This document shows, in pieces, positions 45,799 through 56,676 of a DNA stretch of 64,000 nt. The notes under the pieces are model-generated. The model had not been told where the DNA came from and searched no databases. It saw only the letters and a program-made list of their open reading frames with translations. Where the stretch lies: positions 1 through 64,000 of the IMG/VR virus record IMGVR_UViG_2895532408_000002. The stretch is one strand, 5' to 3'. This DNA is from a virus (lineage: Duplodnaviria; Caudoviricetes). Positions within the stretch are counted from its first letter, which is position 1. Each line of letters starts with the position of its first letter. Made by a program: the position numbers and the translations under genes.

Positions 45799-48309
45799 CT
45801 ATCCGTGGCCGTTTAGATGAATGTCTAATCCGTAATATTGAATCACTAAACGGTTTTTTGAATCGCGTCCTACGACTTGGAGAAACTGGTATAACGTGCT
45901 CAGCTCTTTCGTTCTGCGATAGAATTCACCTTCATCTACGACAGCCCCGTTTTTAAACTCCCTCACAGAGGCAGCATACAAGGTATATAAATCTCTACCG
46001 GAAATAGACGGTAGTGCTTTTAGTTCTTCTAGCAGCTCTTCTTTAGGCAGCGATTTAAGGACCGCTATCATTGAATCATCAGAAAGCTCAATGTAGCCCG
46101 AGGCCTCAAAGAAGTAGCGAACGTTGTTATTCATCTGGCCGAGTTGCCGCACAAGCTCATGGTGTGAGTCTGGTAGCGTATAGTCTCTTTGATTCACCAA
46201 TCTCGGGTAAGCTTGCAAGGCCCACGAAATGATTTTGTCTTTTTCTTCCGCGACAATCTTATTGCCAATATCCAGTTCTTGTTTCCCTTTCGGGATGGGC
46301 TTGTTCGTATTAAGTATCAACCAACGACGAGTAAACCCCTCGGAGAAATCTTTTGTCTTCGGAAGATGATTTGAGGCAAACCAATGGGTGGCCATCGGTT
46401 GCAAAGTGTTATGTTGATTTATGTTTCGCTTCAAAGTGATTTCATTCCCATCGACGATATCTTTAAAGCGCTGGCTGTTAATCGGTTCGTTTTCAGAGAG
46501 TTCCCCGCACAGGTTCAACAGCTTGTTTGATAGTGCGGCCAGTGCGTCATTATCACCCCACTTGTTAGGCGGGAGCGAAACGCGCTTTTGAGGGGGGACA
46601 AGGCCACGGATGATATTTAGTATCTGGCTCTTACCCGACTTTGGGGTTCCGTGAAGTAAGATAGCCCGTTGAAAAAGAGTGCCGGTGTTGAAGAACGTTG
46701 CGGCCATGGCCTCTTGCAACGCCAGGATGTTATCGCTCTCTTCGTCGCTGGCCCAAATGTCCGTGATAAAGTTATAGAGCTTTTCAGGCGGGTAAATCTG
46801 TTCGGGGTCGAAAGTAAACGGAAGTGTGTATGTCAGCCCCATATCGGGGTCGTGTGGGAGTAGCTGAAGATGAGAGTTTACGAACCCGTTATTGAAGTTC
46901 ACCCCAACAGCATTGACGCGTCTAAGCGGCAGGGCCAGTTTGTTTTTGATGGCCATAATAATCGCTTTCGTGTTACGCGTACCTTTGTCTGTGAAATTCG
47001 ACGGGAAGTACCGGTCTATAATTTCGCTTATCTCATAATCCTCCACGGGAGCCCAATGTGTTCCAACCCAGCGACATAATCTATGTGGGTCAATGCCCGA
47101 ATCAAAACGATGTTCGGTTTGGCTAGATAGAAATTGTGTGAGGATAGTCACGATGGCCGGAAGGTCTATAACGCCACGCGCTTGTTTTCTTAAGCTGGTT
47201 ATTTGGCTATCCATCTTCGTCATGTTTAGCTTCATCCCAGACTGTCTAGAGATATATCGTTTAAGTTGGTCTATCTCTAGCTTTGTTACGGTGAAGGAAC
47301 GAGCGATTTCCTCCATGGCCGACTGGCAAGCGCTAAGCATTTGGGTTTCATTCCCGATGGCATCCGACATTTTATCGAAAACGAACTGTTGCAACCCTTG
47401 ATATGTATACTGAGCATCCTTTGAAGTGAAGGGAATGGCGTACCGGTCCTTCATACTGGCGCCAATATTGACGTCCCAGTGTGGCGGGAGGCGAAGATTG
47501 TAGTACATCCGAACTTGATGGATGAGTGAGTAAAAGGTTTGGAAATAGGCGTCTTTTTGATGATTTGGCGGTATTTCGTCAAAATTTTGCGAAAAACTGT
47601 TATAAAGCGCATCAATTTCCTGCAAAACAGGTAAAAGATAGGTGTTTTTGTCGCAATTTAGTAAAAAATCGTAGCAAAAATGCGTCAAGTAGGACCGCAT
47701 ATTTACGTCTAATTGGCCTAGCGTGTGTAATTTTGTCCTTGCTTCATGCTGATATTGCTCTTTTTGAAACTCGACCTCGGGCAAAATCTCCTGCAAGACG
47801 TCCATGATGTGATGCGGCTCGAATACCGGTAGGTTGTCTATTACGTCTTTTGTGGGTACCTGTGTGGGGGAAGTGAGTACCACAAACGTGTCTTCCGCAA
47901 GGAAGGAAAGCAAACTTCCCTCGAGGCCCGAGCCGTGAACGGTAAATGATTTTAAAGAGTCACTGCAGGGTGACGGGGCAGGGGCTTTAAAAATCATGTA
48001 ATGGTTGTTTGACTCGGAGACCAGCCAAAAACTTGATGGTAGCTTATGTGACAGTGAAAGCTTTAAATCGGATTGTTTATGATCGAGCCTAACCGCAACA
48101 AGACAAGATTCACTCTCGTCTTTTAAGGCCTGACCTAGGGCCACACCGCAAAGCTTATCCGCATGTGTCGCTTGCCAGTTCTTTTGGTGTAACTCTTGGG
48201 TCGCTTGCAGTATTTTATCACTTGGGATAGCTGGCAACTTTGACGTTTTAAATATTGGGATGGTTGGCACACCCACAGCAAATAAGGCTTTCGATAATAA
48301 ACTATACAT
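45799..48309 (-). CDS. P4/D5-family primase-helicase (SF3), N-terminal primase domain possibly degenerate
   Basis: VNFNNG, HGTPKSGKS, CGEL, FASNHLP, GFTRRW. Confidence 0.85.
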   Translation of the reverse strand: MYSLLSKALFAVGVPTIPIFKTSKLPAIPSDKILQATQELHQKNWQATHADKLCGVALGQALKDESESCLVAVRLDHKQSDLKLSLSHKLPSSFWLVSESNNHYMIFKAPAPSPCSDSLKSFTVHGSGLEGSLLSFLAEDTFVVLTSPTQVPTKDVIDNLPVFEPHHIMDVLQEILPEVEFQKEQYQHEARTKLHTLGQLDVNMRSYLTHFCYDFLLNCDKNTYLLPVLQEIDALYNSFSQNFDEIPPNHQKDAYFQTFYSLIHQVRMYYNLRLPPHWDVNIGASMKDRYAIPFTSKDAQYTYQGLQQFVFDKMSDAIGNETQMLSACQSAMEEIARSFTVTKLEIDQLKRYISRQSGMKLNMTKMDSQITSLRKQARGVIDLPAIVTILTQFLSSQTEHRFDSGIDPHRLCRWVGTHWAPVEDYEISEIIDRYFPSNFTDKGTRNTKAIIMAIKNKLALPLRRVNAVGVNFNNGFVNSHLQLLPHDPDMGLTYTLPFTFDPEQIYPPEKLYNFITDIWASDEESDNILALQEAMAATFFNTGTLFQRAILLHGTPKSGKSQILNIIRGLVPPQKRVSLPPNKWGDNDALAALSNKLLNLCGELSENEPINSQRFKDIVDGNEITLKRNINQHNTLQPMATHWFASNHLPKTKDFSEGFTRRWLILNTNKPIPKGKQELDIGNKIVAEEKDKIISWALQAYPRLVNQRDYTLPDSHHELVRQLGQMNNNVRYFFEASGYIELSDDSMIAVLKSLPKEELLEELKALPSISGRDLYTLYAASVREFKNGAVVDEGEFYRRTKELSTLYQFLQVVGRDSKNRLVIQYYGLDIHLNGHG

Positions 48310-48313
48310 TCGG

Positions 48314-48802
48314 TTACTCCTGATTAAGTACGAGTTTCATTTCGTCTATAAACTCAGATTTTTGCTGCGGTGTTAGATAGCGCTCCATGCTATCGAGGAT
48401 AAAGGTTTTGAATACACCAAATTGTTTTATACCTGAGGCGCGTTCTTGAACGTCGAGGATTTTTTCCATTAATGACACCATGGTCCGAAAGGTACTGGTC
48501 ATTTCACTGGTGTCGCTTTTATTCAGCGCGGTTTTGAAGCTTTTCATATCCCGATAAAGTTGTAACGCTTCGGTTTCAAAATCCGGTATGGAATCCAAAT
48601 CCTCAATCTCTTGGGCTGCAACGGTCATGCCATCGTTGGAGTTGGGGCTAAACAGTAGGGCGAGAAATTCTATCTCGTTGGGTTCGTAGGGACAGTCTTC
48701 ATCCTCGAGGTAGGTGGGGTCGTCTTGGATAAGTTTTTTCCACGTATTCAGCGTTGTGAAAAGGTTCGGGGTGAACTCAGGATAGAATTTGGGTGTTTTC
48801 AT
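48314..48802 (-). CDS. Hypothetical protein, possibly terminase small subunit
   Basis: Divergent from terminase; helical; function from position only. Confidence 0.5.
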   Translation of the reverse strand: MKTPKFYPEFTPNLFTTLNTWKKLIQDDPTYLEDEDCPYEPNEIEFLALLFSPNSNDGMTVAAQEIEDLDSIPDFETEALQLYRDMKSFKTALNKSDTSEMTSTFRTMVSLMEKILDVQERASGIKQFGVFKTFILDSMERYLTPQQKSEFIDEMKLVLNQE

Positions 48803-48846
48803 CGTCAATCTCCGCATTGTTATAGGTTAAATATCATACCGCAAGA

Positions 48847-48875
48847 TTGCCTGTATAGTCAGTAAAGCGTAATCT
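48847..48875 (+). promoter_or_regulatory. Candidate promoter of the morphogenesis operon
   Basis: TTGCCT-17-TAATCT. Confidence 0.5.
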
Positions 48876-48914
48876 AGGCGAAAAATAGACTAATTGACGA
48901 TAATTGGGGTAGCT

Positions 48915-50696
48915 GTGGCTAATCAGTTTTTAATGGATTTGTACTCGACTGCCGAAGGCCGGTACAACAAAGATTCAAAAGATATGACGCATGGGGATTG
49001 GATGTGTGCCAACACTTCACTCAACAAGCGACCCTTTAGTTTTGAGCGCTACCCCTTTCAAAAACAGATTGCGGATGATATGCACCCCAGTCTAGATTGT
49101 ATAAAACCTTCTCAGGTTGGCCTTACCGAAATACAGATTCGTAAAGCGCTGGCAATACTAAGCCGAACACCCAACACCTCTTTGATTTACACCATGCCTA
49201 ATGAGCGAATGTTTAAGCGTATTTCAAAAGCGCGTATTCAGCCTTTGATTAACTTTGACAAAGCGTTTCGTCAGGAGAGTGGGGACAAAACAAAGCAATC
49301 GATGGACCTTATGCGAATTGGTACCAGCTTTCTTTACGTCACGGGTTCTGCAGAGGCCGACGCCACGAGTATCAACGCGGACTTTGTTTTTAACGATGAG
49401 ATTGATTTAACAGACCCGTCGATGTTGTCACTCTTTAACTCTCGTCTACAAGGCTCTGACCATCGTGTAAACCAGCGTTTTAGTACGCCGACCTATGAGG
49501 GTGTAGGCGTTGACAGGGGATACAGAAGGAGCGACCAACATGAGTACGTGATCAAGTGCCGTTGCTGTAATCATTACCAAATACCGGTATTTAGCCGAGC
49601 GTTCGTAGAAGTTGATGGTCTTCCCGATGATTTGGAAAAATTCGAAGATATCTCGGATAACCTAATTGACTCTGGCCAGCTCGATATTCAATCCGCACGC
49701 GTGGTTTGTGAAAAATGCCGGAAGCCCCTGAACCTTGCGGACTATGAAAACCGTGAATGGGTTGCAAAATACCCGAGTCGGGTACTCAACCGTGGTTATC
49801 GTATCCGCACGTTCTCTACCCATAGACTCGACCCCCAGTATTGTTTCGCTCAATTATTTGATTACAAGTCGAATGACAACCTGAAGGGCTTTTACAACAC
49901 AGTAAAAGGGGAACCCTACAACAACGAGGACCAGAAGCTTTCGTTAAGCCAGATAAAACTCGCTATGGGTAGCCCTGCTATTCCCGAGCCGAGACAGGGG
50001 GAACCTCACTTTATAGGTATTGATATGGGGGTAACGTGCTATATCGTTGTTGGTTGCGGTATGGACCCTAGAAAGATGCGTATTATTCTCGCCACGTACT
50101 GTCATATCGACCAATTAAGGGGGCTAGTTAAGAAGCTAGATGAGCAATACAAATTTGTTGGTGGTGGTCTAGATAGGTACCCTTACACGCCCACGAGTAA
50201 TGATATTAGAAATGGTAGCCTAGGGCGGATTATGCCGGTTCACTACACGAAAAGTAAGGAAGTGGCCGAAGAGAAGAATGCCTTAGGCGAAGTGGATTAT
50301 ATCAAGGTAAACAGAACGGATATGCTGGACCATGTGGCCACAGGCTTAAGAAACTTAACGTGGTCGATTGAAGGTTACACCAGTAACCAAGATAAAATTG
50401 AATCTCATCTTCAAGATATGATCCGAGAGGAAGTTGAAGAGGAACAAGCCGTTTGGGTTAAGCTTTCTGGCAAGGACCACTTCTTTCACGCTATGGCCTA
50501 TCTCGCGTCAGCCGTTTCTTACAAAATCGTGAAAGACGGACTTGAAGGCTGGGTTAACGTAAATACGGATTTCTCGAACGCTGGTCATGGTGGAGGTATC
50601 ATTCTAGGCCAACAAGATAATGATATCTTTGGCACAACCGACTTAATCGGTTATTCTTCCAGCAATAACCCGACAAAAATAATTCGTCGGTACTAA
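48915..50696 (+). CDS. Terminase large subunit (GpA-like)
   Basis: KPSQVGLTE, FNDEID, FSTPT, CxxC pairs, IGIDMG nuclease motif, DHFFHA. Confidence 0.88.
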   Translation: MANQFLMDLYSTAEGRYNKDSKDMTHGDWMCANTSLNKRPFSFERYPFQKQIADDMHPSLDCIKPSQVGLTEIQIRKALAILSRTPNTSLIYTMPNERMFKRISKARIQPLINFDKAFRQESGDKTKQSMDLMRIGTSFLYVTGSAEADATSINADFVFNDEIDLTDPSMLSLFNSRLQGSDHRVNQRFSTPTYEGVGVDRGYRRSDQHEYVIKCRCCNHYQIPVFSRAFVEVDGLPDDLEKFEDISDNLIDSGQLDIQSARVVCEKCRKPLNLADYENREWVAKYPSRVLNRGYRIRTFSTHRLDPQYCFAQLFDYKSNDNLKGFYNTVKGEPYNNEDQKLSLSQIKLAMGSPAIPEPRQGEPHFIGIDMGVTCYIVVGCGMDPRKMRIILATYCHIDQLRGLVKKLDEQYKFVGGGLDRYPYTPTSNDIRNGSLGRIMPVHYTKSKEVAEEKNALGEVDYIKVNRTDMLDHVATGLRNLTWSIEGYTSNQDKIESHLQDMIREEVEEEQAVWVKLSGKDHFFHAMAYLASAVSYKIVKDGLEGWVNVNTDFSNAGHGGGIILGQQDNDIFGTTDLIGYSSSNNPTKIIRRY

Positions 50697-50714
50697 CAAT
50701 TTGGGAAATTGACG

Positions 50715-52175
50715 ATGGCCGGAACAATACTTAGCAAGCTCAAGGTAATTGTGCCTAATCGGTTTAAGCCGAAAGGGAGTACACAAACTGCGACCTATAA
50801 CGCAGAAAACAATACGGAAGTCCTATCGCTCCCAGATTATCGGGAACACTTAGAAGATATTTATTCAAGTCGAGTTTCGGATAACTCACAAGAACTCATC
50901 ATGAAGCTTGTTAAGTCCGATCCTGACGCTTCAGCAGCCCTAGGTGCGTACTTAACCACTGCCGGAAGCGCTATCCCTTATATTGTTGTAAAAGACCCTG
51001 ACGGAGCGATTGACCGCGACGGGGCCAAGATAGTCAATGAGCTTATTGAAGCCCTCGAGACCCGTCGGGATTATTCTAAAGGTTACTTAAGACCTAAAAC
51101 GCTTCGAGAACTCTCCGAAGAGTTCCGCTATATGTTATTGGCCCGTGGCGGTATAGGGTGTGAAACCGTATTTGGGGACCAGCTTCAATTAACTGAGCTT
51201 CGTAATATTGATATGGCCAGTATTCGATGGCAAGAGAAAGAGCCAGGGAAAATGGTACCTTGGCAAGACCAAGGCGGCGGGGACCCAATAAAGATGGATA
51301 TCCCGTCGTTCTTCGTAGCGTGGTACCGAAAGTCACCTATAGAAGCCTATGGCCATAGCCCATTTGTTAGCGCAATTAATACCATGGCAGCAAGGCAACA
51401 GGTGATTAATGACTTGTATCGAATCATGCAAGTTACAGGGTTCCCGCGAATCGCTATCAAGGTACTTGAAGAAGTCTTGGTGAAAAATGCCCCCGCGGAT
51501 GTTAAGGCCGACGCACAAAAACTAAGAACCTATATTTCTCAACGCCGCCAAGAGATTGGAAGCGCGTTTGCTTCGCTGCGTCCAGACCAAGCGATGGTTC
51601 ACACCGACAGTGCGGAAGTCTCAATGCTGAATGAAAAGAACCCTGCTACAGGGATTAAAATTCAGGAAGTGATTGATACGCTAAACGCGCAAAACCAAGC
51701 CGGTTTAAAGACGATGGCTACGGTATTAGGGAGAGGCGAATCAGGGGTGAATACAGCTACGGTTGAAGCGAACTTATTTGCTAAAGCAGCGGATAGTTTG
51801 AATGAACCTATCGGAGAAATCCTCGGTAGTATGCTGACGATGGCCTTGCGTATGCAGGGGTCAGAGAGTCGAGTTATTGTTAGGTTCCCGAATATTGATT
51901 TGCGCTCAGAGCTTGAGCTAGAGGCACAATTGAATTTGAAATCTAACCGCTTGCGCACGGACCTGAGTGATGGCTTGATAACAGACGATGATTATCATAT
52001 CGCCATGTATCGTCGAATCCGTCCTGACGCTGTACCGGAGTTGAGCGGGACTGGTTTTATTGGTGGCGCTATGGAAGTAGACGCTGAAAAAGTGAGCCCT
52101 AATTCTGACCCACAAGGACGCTCAGTTAGTCGCGCTTCAGACAAAAGTGCGAAGTCTAACGCTAACCAGTCTTAA
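50715..52175 (+). CDS. Portal protein
   Basis: 486 aa directly after terminase; position and size. Confidence 0.7.
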   Translation: MAGTILSKLKVIVPNRFKPKGSTQTATYNAENNTEVLSLPDYREHLEDIYSSRVSDNSQELIMKLVKSDPDASAALGAYLTTAGSAIPYIVVKDPDGAIDRDGAKIVNELIEALETRRDYSKGYLRPKTLRELSEEFRYMLLARGGIGCETVFGDQLQLTELRNIDMASIRWQEKEPGKMVPWQDQGGGDPIKMDIPSFFVAWYRKSPIEAYGHSPFVSAINTMAARQQVINDLYRIMQVTGFPRIAIKVLEEVLVKNAPADVKADAQKLRTYISQRRQEIGSAFASLRPDQAMVHTDSAEVSMLNEKNPATGIKIQEVIDTLNAQNQAGLKTMATVLGRGESGVNTATVEANLFAKAADSLNEPIGEILGSMLTMALRMQGSESRVIVRFPNIDLRSELELEAQLNLKSNRLRTDLSDGLITDDDYHIAMYRRIRPDAVPELSGTGFIGGAMEVDAEKVSPNSDPQGRSVSRASDKSAKSNANQS

Positions 52176-52194
52176 GGTTAATTTTTAATCGGGC

Positions 52195-52223
52195 TTGGCA
52201 ACGCGATTGAAAAGCCCTAAGAT
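52195..52223 (+). promoter_or_regulatory. Candidate promoter for head genes
   Basis: TTGGCA-17-TAAGAT. Confidence 0.45.
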
Positions 52224-52250
52224 AATCGAAAATTTGGATGGAAATTGACG

Positions 52251-53417
52251 ATGGCTAAACGGCTAACCCTCACTGAGCGTATAAAATCGCTTATCACCGC
52301 AGCCGCGGGTGATGAAATAGACTTTTCGCAGATTGCAGCGTATGAGAGCGTTGCGGCATCTACTCGTCCAATCAATCAACCAAGCACAGCGTATCATGGC
52401 GCACAAATGACAGAAGGCTTTCTGTCCCAGATGGCGGCGTATTACAAAGAAGAAAGCGTTCCTATTCAGGTCATGCATAATGGCCAGATGCTCCCTGTGG
52501 GTAAAGTATTCGCTGCAGATACCTATAGCGCCGATGAAGGCCACACCAATTTAAACGTTCTTTTCTATGTGGATGCTCAAGGACCTTACGCCCGAGATAT
52601 TGACCTTTCTATTCTCGATGAGGTTTCTGTGGGTGCGGCCCCCAATCACGCATATTGTTCGGAATGTAGTTTCGACTATATGGCCGAAGGTAACGAAATG
52701 AGTTTCTGGTTTCGTGAATGTGACAACGGCCATCGAATCGGTGAGAACGGAACCCACCTTCGCTTAACCGACCTCCGTGCTTGGAAAGAATTATCACTCG
52801 TGAACAAAGGCGCGAGTAATAAACCGAAGATACTTGGCTCTGCCAAGCAACGTCTGGGCAAAGACGCATATAACCAGCTTGCCGCTTCGAGTTCTCCTGA
52901 AGCCGTACAGTACAGTTATATGACTTGCTCCCCCACTCAAAGTGAAACAACAGGTGAAACTATGGATTTATCAGCATTAACAAACCAAGTTTCTACGTTG
53001 TCCGCAGCTAACGGCAAGCTAGAAGTTAAACTCGAAACGGCAGAGGCAGCGCTTACCGCTTCTCAGTCGGAAGTTGCCGCGCTGAAAGGACAAGTAGAAG
53101 AACTAAATACGAAGATTGAAAGCGGTTCTGAGACCAAACTTCAATCTGATCTTTCAGCCGCTCAAGCGCAACTTGAAACGGCGAACAAAATTGTCGGCGT
53201 GTTCGATGAACAACTCAAACTAGCTGTTGTTGCAGCGGGTTTAACTTTGGCTGACAACGCCAGCGCGGACGAAAAAATTGAGCTTCTAAAACAAGCTCAA
53301 ATTAAACTGGCAGCAATTCCACGCGGCGGCGTAGGTAAAGGTGCGGATGCACCGGTAGCCGACGACGTTCTGGTTCTTTCTGCCGCGCATAACAGTGCGT
53401 TTGTTTCTAATCGATAA
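52251..53417 (+). CDS. Prohead protease / scaffold
   Basis: MHN...PVGK, EVSVG, ELSLV..GA; coiled-coil C-terminus. Confidence 0.75.
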   Translation: MAKRLTLTERIKSLITAAAGDEIDFSQIAAYESVAASTRPINQPSTAYHGAQMTEGFLSQMAAYYKEESVPIQVMHNGQMLPVGKVFAADTYSADEGHTNLNVLFYVDAQGPYARDIDLSILDEVSVGAAPNHAYCSECSFDYMAEGNEMSFWFRECDNGHRIGENGTHLRLTDLRAWKELSLVNKGASNKPKILGSAKQRLGKDAYNQLAASSSPEAVQYSYMTCSPTQSETTGETMDLSALTNQVSTLSAANGKLEVKLETAEAALTASQSEVAALKGQVEELNTKIESGSETKLQSDLSAAQAQLETANKIVGVFDEQLKLAVVAAGLTLADNASADEKIELLKQAQIKLAAIPRGGVGKGADAPVADDVLVLSAAHNSAFVSNR

Positions 53418-53428
53418 GGGGAAGAGTC

Positions 53429-53821
53429 ATGCAAATTGGCGATTTACAACATAAGGGTATCCGCACTGAATCCGCGGCAGCATCTTTTTATCTAGATGCC
53501 TCAATTACGGGTTTCGCGGACGTTGGTAAACCTGTGTGTATCACAGGCAACTTTGAGGTGGGCTTTGGTGCTGCGGATGCTGAGATTATTGGCTACCTAG
53601 AATCATACGAAGACCGTGAAGTTGAAAATGTAAAAATGGGTGCGGTCTCTTGGCATATGTGCGCCGAGTTTGAATACGCGGGTACAGCTCCAACAGTGGG
53701 TGGCCACGTAGTATCAAACGGTGACGGTAAGGTAAAGGTTGCCGGAGCTGGGGCGGGTCGCAACGTAGTGGTTACCGCCGTTGATACCACAAATAACATG
53801 GTATCTGTGATCTTCCGTTAA
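53429..53821 (+). CDS. Head decoration protein
   Basis: 130-aa Gly/Val-rich protein between protease and capsid. Confidence 0.6.
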   Translation: MQIGDLQHKGIRTESAAASFYLDASITGFADVGKPVCITGNFEVGFGAADAEIIGYLESYEDREVENVKMGAVSWHMCAEFEYAGTAPTVGGHVVSNGDGKVKVAGAGAGRNVVVTAVDTTNNMVSVIFR

Positions 53822-53863
53822 TTCGGAAGATTAGAACCAGAAATAAAAATTTGGAGATTGACG

Positions 53864-55069
53864 ATGCAAACAGCAAATCTTAGTCAGATTAAACGCGCCC
53901 CACTTGATGTGGTTCTGGCGGGTATCAATAGTGAACACAGCGACGATTCGATTCGTGCCGGTGTTAAGCTGGTACAAGCAGCAAAACAATACGGTATTAA
54001 CGTTCGTGACTACCTAAACTTAGCGGTTGACGTTCGTGCGTCAAACGATCCTGAAAAGGGTAAAAACTTCCGTTTAGAGAATGGTAACTTTATGACCGGC
54101 TATCAGGCCGCGATTGTTGAATTAAACCTACCGTTCAAAAACTCGTTTGAGCAAGGTATTACCCTTCAAGCGGCAGCGGACACCTTTAGTGCACGCCCAG
54201 GGTCTCGGGCACTTTTCCCAGAAGTTATCGATGATATGCTTCAGTGGAATACGCGCCAAGATATGTTCGAGTCAACGGCCCCGATGGTCGCTCAGACTCG
54301 TACTATCACGGGTAACGAACTTATTACTACAGCCATTTTTGACGACCAAGGCCAGTTGAATACTTCGCCTATCGCTGAACTTGCGAACATTCCGATGCAG
54401 ACTATCAAAAGCTCTGATAAGTCGGTTAAGTTCTTCAAGCATGGCTCAGGTATCCGTACCTCATACGAATTCGAACGTCGTGTTAGCCTAGACATTCTTA
54501 CGCCATATGCTGCTCGTATTGCGCGTAATAAAGAAATCAGCAAAGTGAAGATGGCAACCTCGCTATTGATCAATGGTGATGGTGTTCACGAAGCGGCAGA
54601 AGTGGTAGCAGCTTCTAACTATAAAGATTGGGATGCGGCTAAAGGCCTTAAAGGTAACTATGTTGCCTTAGCGGACTTCTTGGCGCAACGTGCTCGTAAA
54701 GGCGTACCGGTTGATACTATCGTAGGTAACTACGATATGTGGCTAGAACTGTTCCTAATGTTCTTACCTACTCAACCTAACGGTAAGTCTACCTCTGAAA
54801 TTCTTCAGGAGAACGGTGGTCCTCGCGTGGCTCTGGCCATGGACTTCTTAAGCGGTGTTAACTTCCATATTTCAAGCTCAGCCCCTTCAGGTAAGCTGAT
54901 TTGTTATTCGAAGGCTGACACGCTGGAAGAACTTATCGAAGCGGGTTCTGTACTGTCTGAGTCTGAGACAGCAATCAAGAACCAGTCGATTACTTACGTG
55001 AAAACTGAAAACTCAGGCTATCGCCTAGTTTACGGTGATACTCGCGTAATCTTCGATACTGCGGCCTAA
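53864..55069 (+). CDS. Major capsid protein
   Basis: 401 aa; LFPEVI, IAELANIP, KHGSGIRTSYE HK97-like segments; followed by a hairpin. Confidence 0.8.
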   Translation: MQTANLSQIKRAPLDVVLAGINSEHSDDSIRAGVKLVQAAKQYGINVRDYLNLAVDVRASNDPEKGKNFRLENGNFMTGYQAAIVELNLPFKNSFEQGITLQAAADTFSARPGSRALFPEVIDDMLQWNTRQDMFESTAPMVAQTRTITGNELITTAIFDDQGQLNTSPIAELANIPMQTIKSSDKSVKFFKHGSGIRTSYEFERRVSLDILTPYAARIARNKEISKVKMATSLLINGDGVHEAAEVVAASNYKDWDAAKGLKGNYVALADFLAQRARKGVPVDTIVGNYDMWLELFLMFLPTQPNGKSTSEILQENGGPRVALAMDFLSGVNFHISSSAPSGKLICYSKADTLEELIEAGSVLSESETAIKNQSITYVKTENSGYRLVYGDTRVIFDTAA

Positions 55070-55076
55070 CCAAATA

Positions 55077-55098
55077 TAGCCCCCTTAAAAGGGGGCTA
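55077..55098 (+). terminator. Hairpin after the capsid gene
   Basis: TAGCCCCCTT-AA-AAGGGGGCTA; weak U-tract. Confidence 0.5.
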
Positions 55099-55114
55099 AT
55101 TGGAGAACTTATCA

Positions 55115-55498
55115 ATGAAAAAGATACTCGCTGAAACCACTAAGTCTTTTATGCTAATGACGCGTTTTGGAATTATTGAAGCGTTCCGCCCTTCGGTAAT
55201 AGGCCATTGCACGGAAGTGGACCAGTTTGTTTCACAGCAGCAAGTAAAAGTGCTGGATAACGACTTGCCAGAAAACGCCACGGACGAAGAGTTCAAAAAG
55301 TTCTTAGACTCTCATGAGGGTGACTGGGAAACTGCACTGGAAAATTTCAAGCTAAGCCTTAAAGGTGTTGAAGAGACGGAAGAAGGGGATAAGGAAGACG
55401 CTGATAAGGAGACGGACGAAGGGGATAAGGAAGACTCACCAGAATCAGAACCCGCACCAAAGAAAACTACGACTCGCACAACTAAAGCGAAGTCTTAA
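55115..55498 (+). CDS. Hypothetical protein with acidic repetitive tail
   Basis: GGAG RBS; ET(E/D)EGDKED repeated. Confidence 0.65.
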   Translation: MKKILAETTKSFMLMTRFGIIEAFRPSVIGHCTEVDQFVSQQQVKVLDNDLPENATDEEFKKFLDSHEGDWETALENFKLSLKGVEETEEGDKEDADKETDEGDKEDSPESEPAPKKTTTRTTKAKS

Positions 55499-55507
55499 GG
55501 AACAACA

Positions 55508-56194
55508 ATGTTAAGTGTCCCAAATAACGAAATGTTAATGCTGACAGAGTTTCAAATAGGTGACTACACCTATTTGCCGGACTTTGGGACCGTAAGTGTC
55601 TCCCTCAAGGACCATGAGGGCGTTGAGGTGCATTCAATGGATGTACCTTTTGATGCTGATTACAGCATCCCTCAAGATATCCTGAAAGTCAGCAGCAGTG
55701 ATATCTTGAGCTTTTTTAAGTTGACGGTTAAGTTCACCAGTGAAAATCGCCAACGTATTTATACGGATATTGTTCGGGTTCATACGGATTTTATGTTTAC
55801 ATCCACACCCTCTAATCTAAGAAGCCTTATAGGGCTATACGAAGAAGAACTCCCTGATAGTGAGATTGATTTTATTTACTCGTTCAATGAGCTGGTAAAT
55901 GAACTTGGCCAAGGCCTACTTGATGATACAAACGCTCGTATCAACAAGTTAATTTTGCTACATGAAGCTGTGCGCCACCTTCCTGCGTTAGGACTGAAAA
56001 CTCTAAAGTCTAATGAAATTGACGACACTAAGAAGTCTCGACTATCCAATGTTGATATAAAATCCGTGCAGGACTCTATTACATCCCAGTATTGGGCTCA
56101 CAAATTAACGTTTGAGTCTGTGGATCAATTCCCGCAAGACCCAATCCTTGAATTTGTGGCCCGAACTGACCCGTTCACAGGTGAAGACGCATGA
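55508..56194 (+). CDS. Putative head-tail connector
   Basis: Position in morphogenesis operon. Confidence 0.5.
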   Translation: MLSVPNNEMLMLTEFQIGDYTYLPDFGTVSVSLKDHEGVEVHSMDVPFDADYSIPQDILKVSSSDILSFFKLTVKFTSENRQRIYTDIVRVHTDFMFTSTPSNLRSLIGLYEEELPDSEIDFIYSFNELVNELGQGLLDDTNARINKLILLHEAVRHLPALGLKTLKSNEIDDTKKSRLSNVDIKSVQDSITSQYWAHKLTFESVDQFPQDPILEFVARTDPFTGEDA

Positions 56195-56673
56195 ATATCT
56201 TTAGCTCGTATTATCGCGACAACCTTAAGCTGGTTGCGCGTACTACGAAGCCCAGTGAAAGTTTTCGAAGTCTGGTACCTGTTAGGGTTCTGGTTCATAT
56301 ACCAAAGCGCTTTAGGGTTAGGGCGGGGGATATTATTCGTAAAAATGAACACACAGCGTTTCTACTGGCCGAACATCATGCTTACGGTTTAAATAACGTT
56401 TTTCTCGGTTTGTCTATTAACGCTGAAGCTGAGGTTATCTATTCTATTCGGGTCCGCCATCCTGTTACGGGGTTGGAGACCAATGGTTTTAGTACGGAAA
56501 GCGAAACCCTTCCCTGTGTTCAAGAAATAGAAACCCCGACGGAGGTAAAAGGCCTTACCGTCTCACAAGAGGTCTTTTACTTTGGCACTGAAATACCTAA
56601 GGACGCCAAAGTAAACGGACGAACGGTAACCAAGGTTACACCCGTTTCAGGGGTTTACCGCGTAGAGGTGTAG
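56191..56673 (+). CDS. Putative head closure / neck protein
   Basis: Position; beta-rich. Confidence 0.45.
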   Translation: MNIFSSYYRDNLKLVARTTKPSESFRSLVPVRVLVHIPKRFRVRAGDIIRKNEHTAFLLAEHHAYGLNNVFLGLSINAEAEVIYSIRVRHPVTGLETNGFSTESETLPCVQEIETPTEVKGLTVSQEVFYFGTEIPKDAKVNGRTVTKVTPVSGVYRVEV

Positions 56674-56676
56674 GCA

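Noticed and set aside
56015-56026. GAAATTGACGAC inside a structural gene
   Set aside because: Mid-CDS (NEIDD), far from any start; plausibly chance
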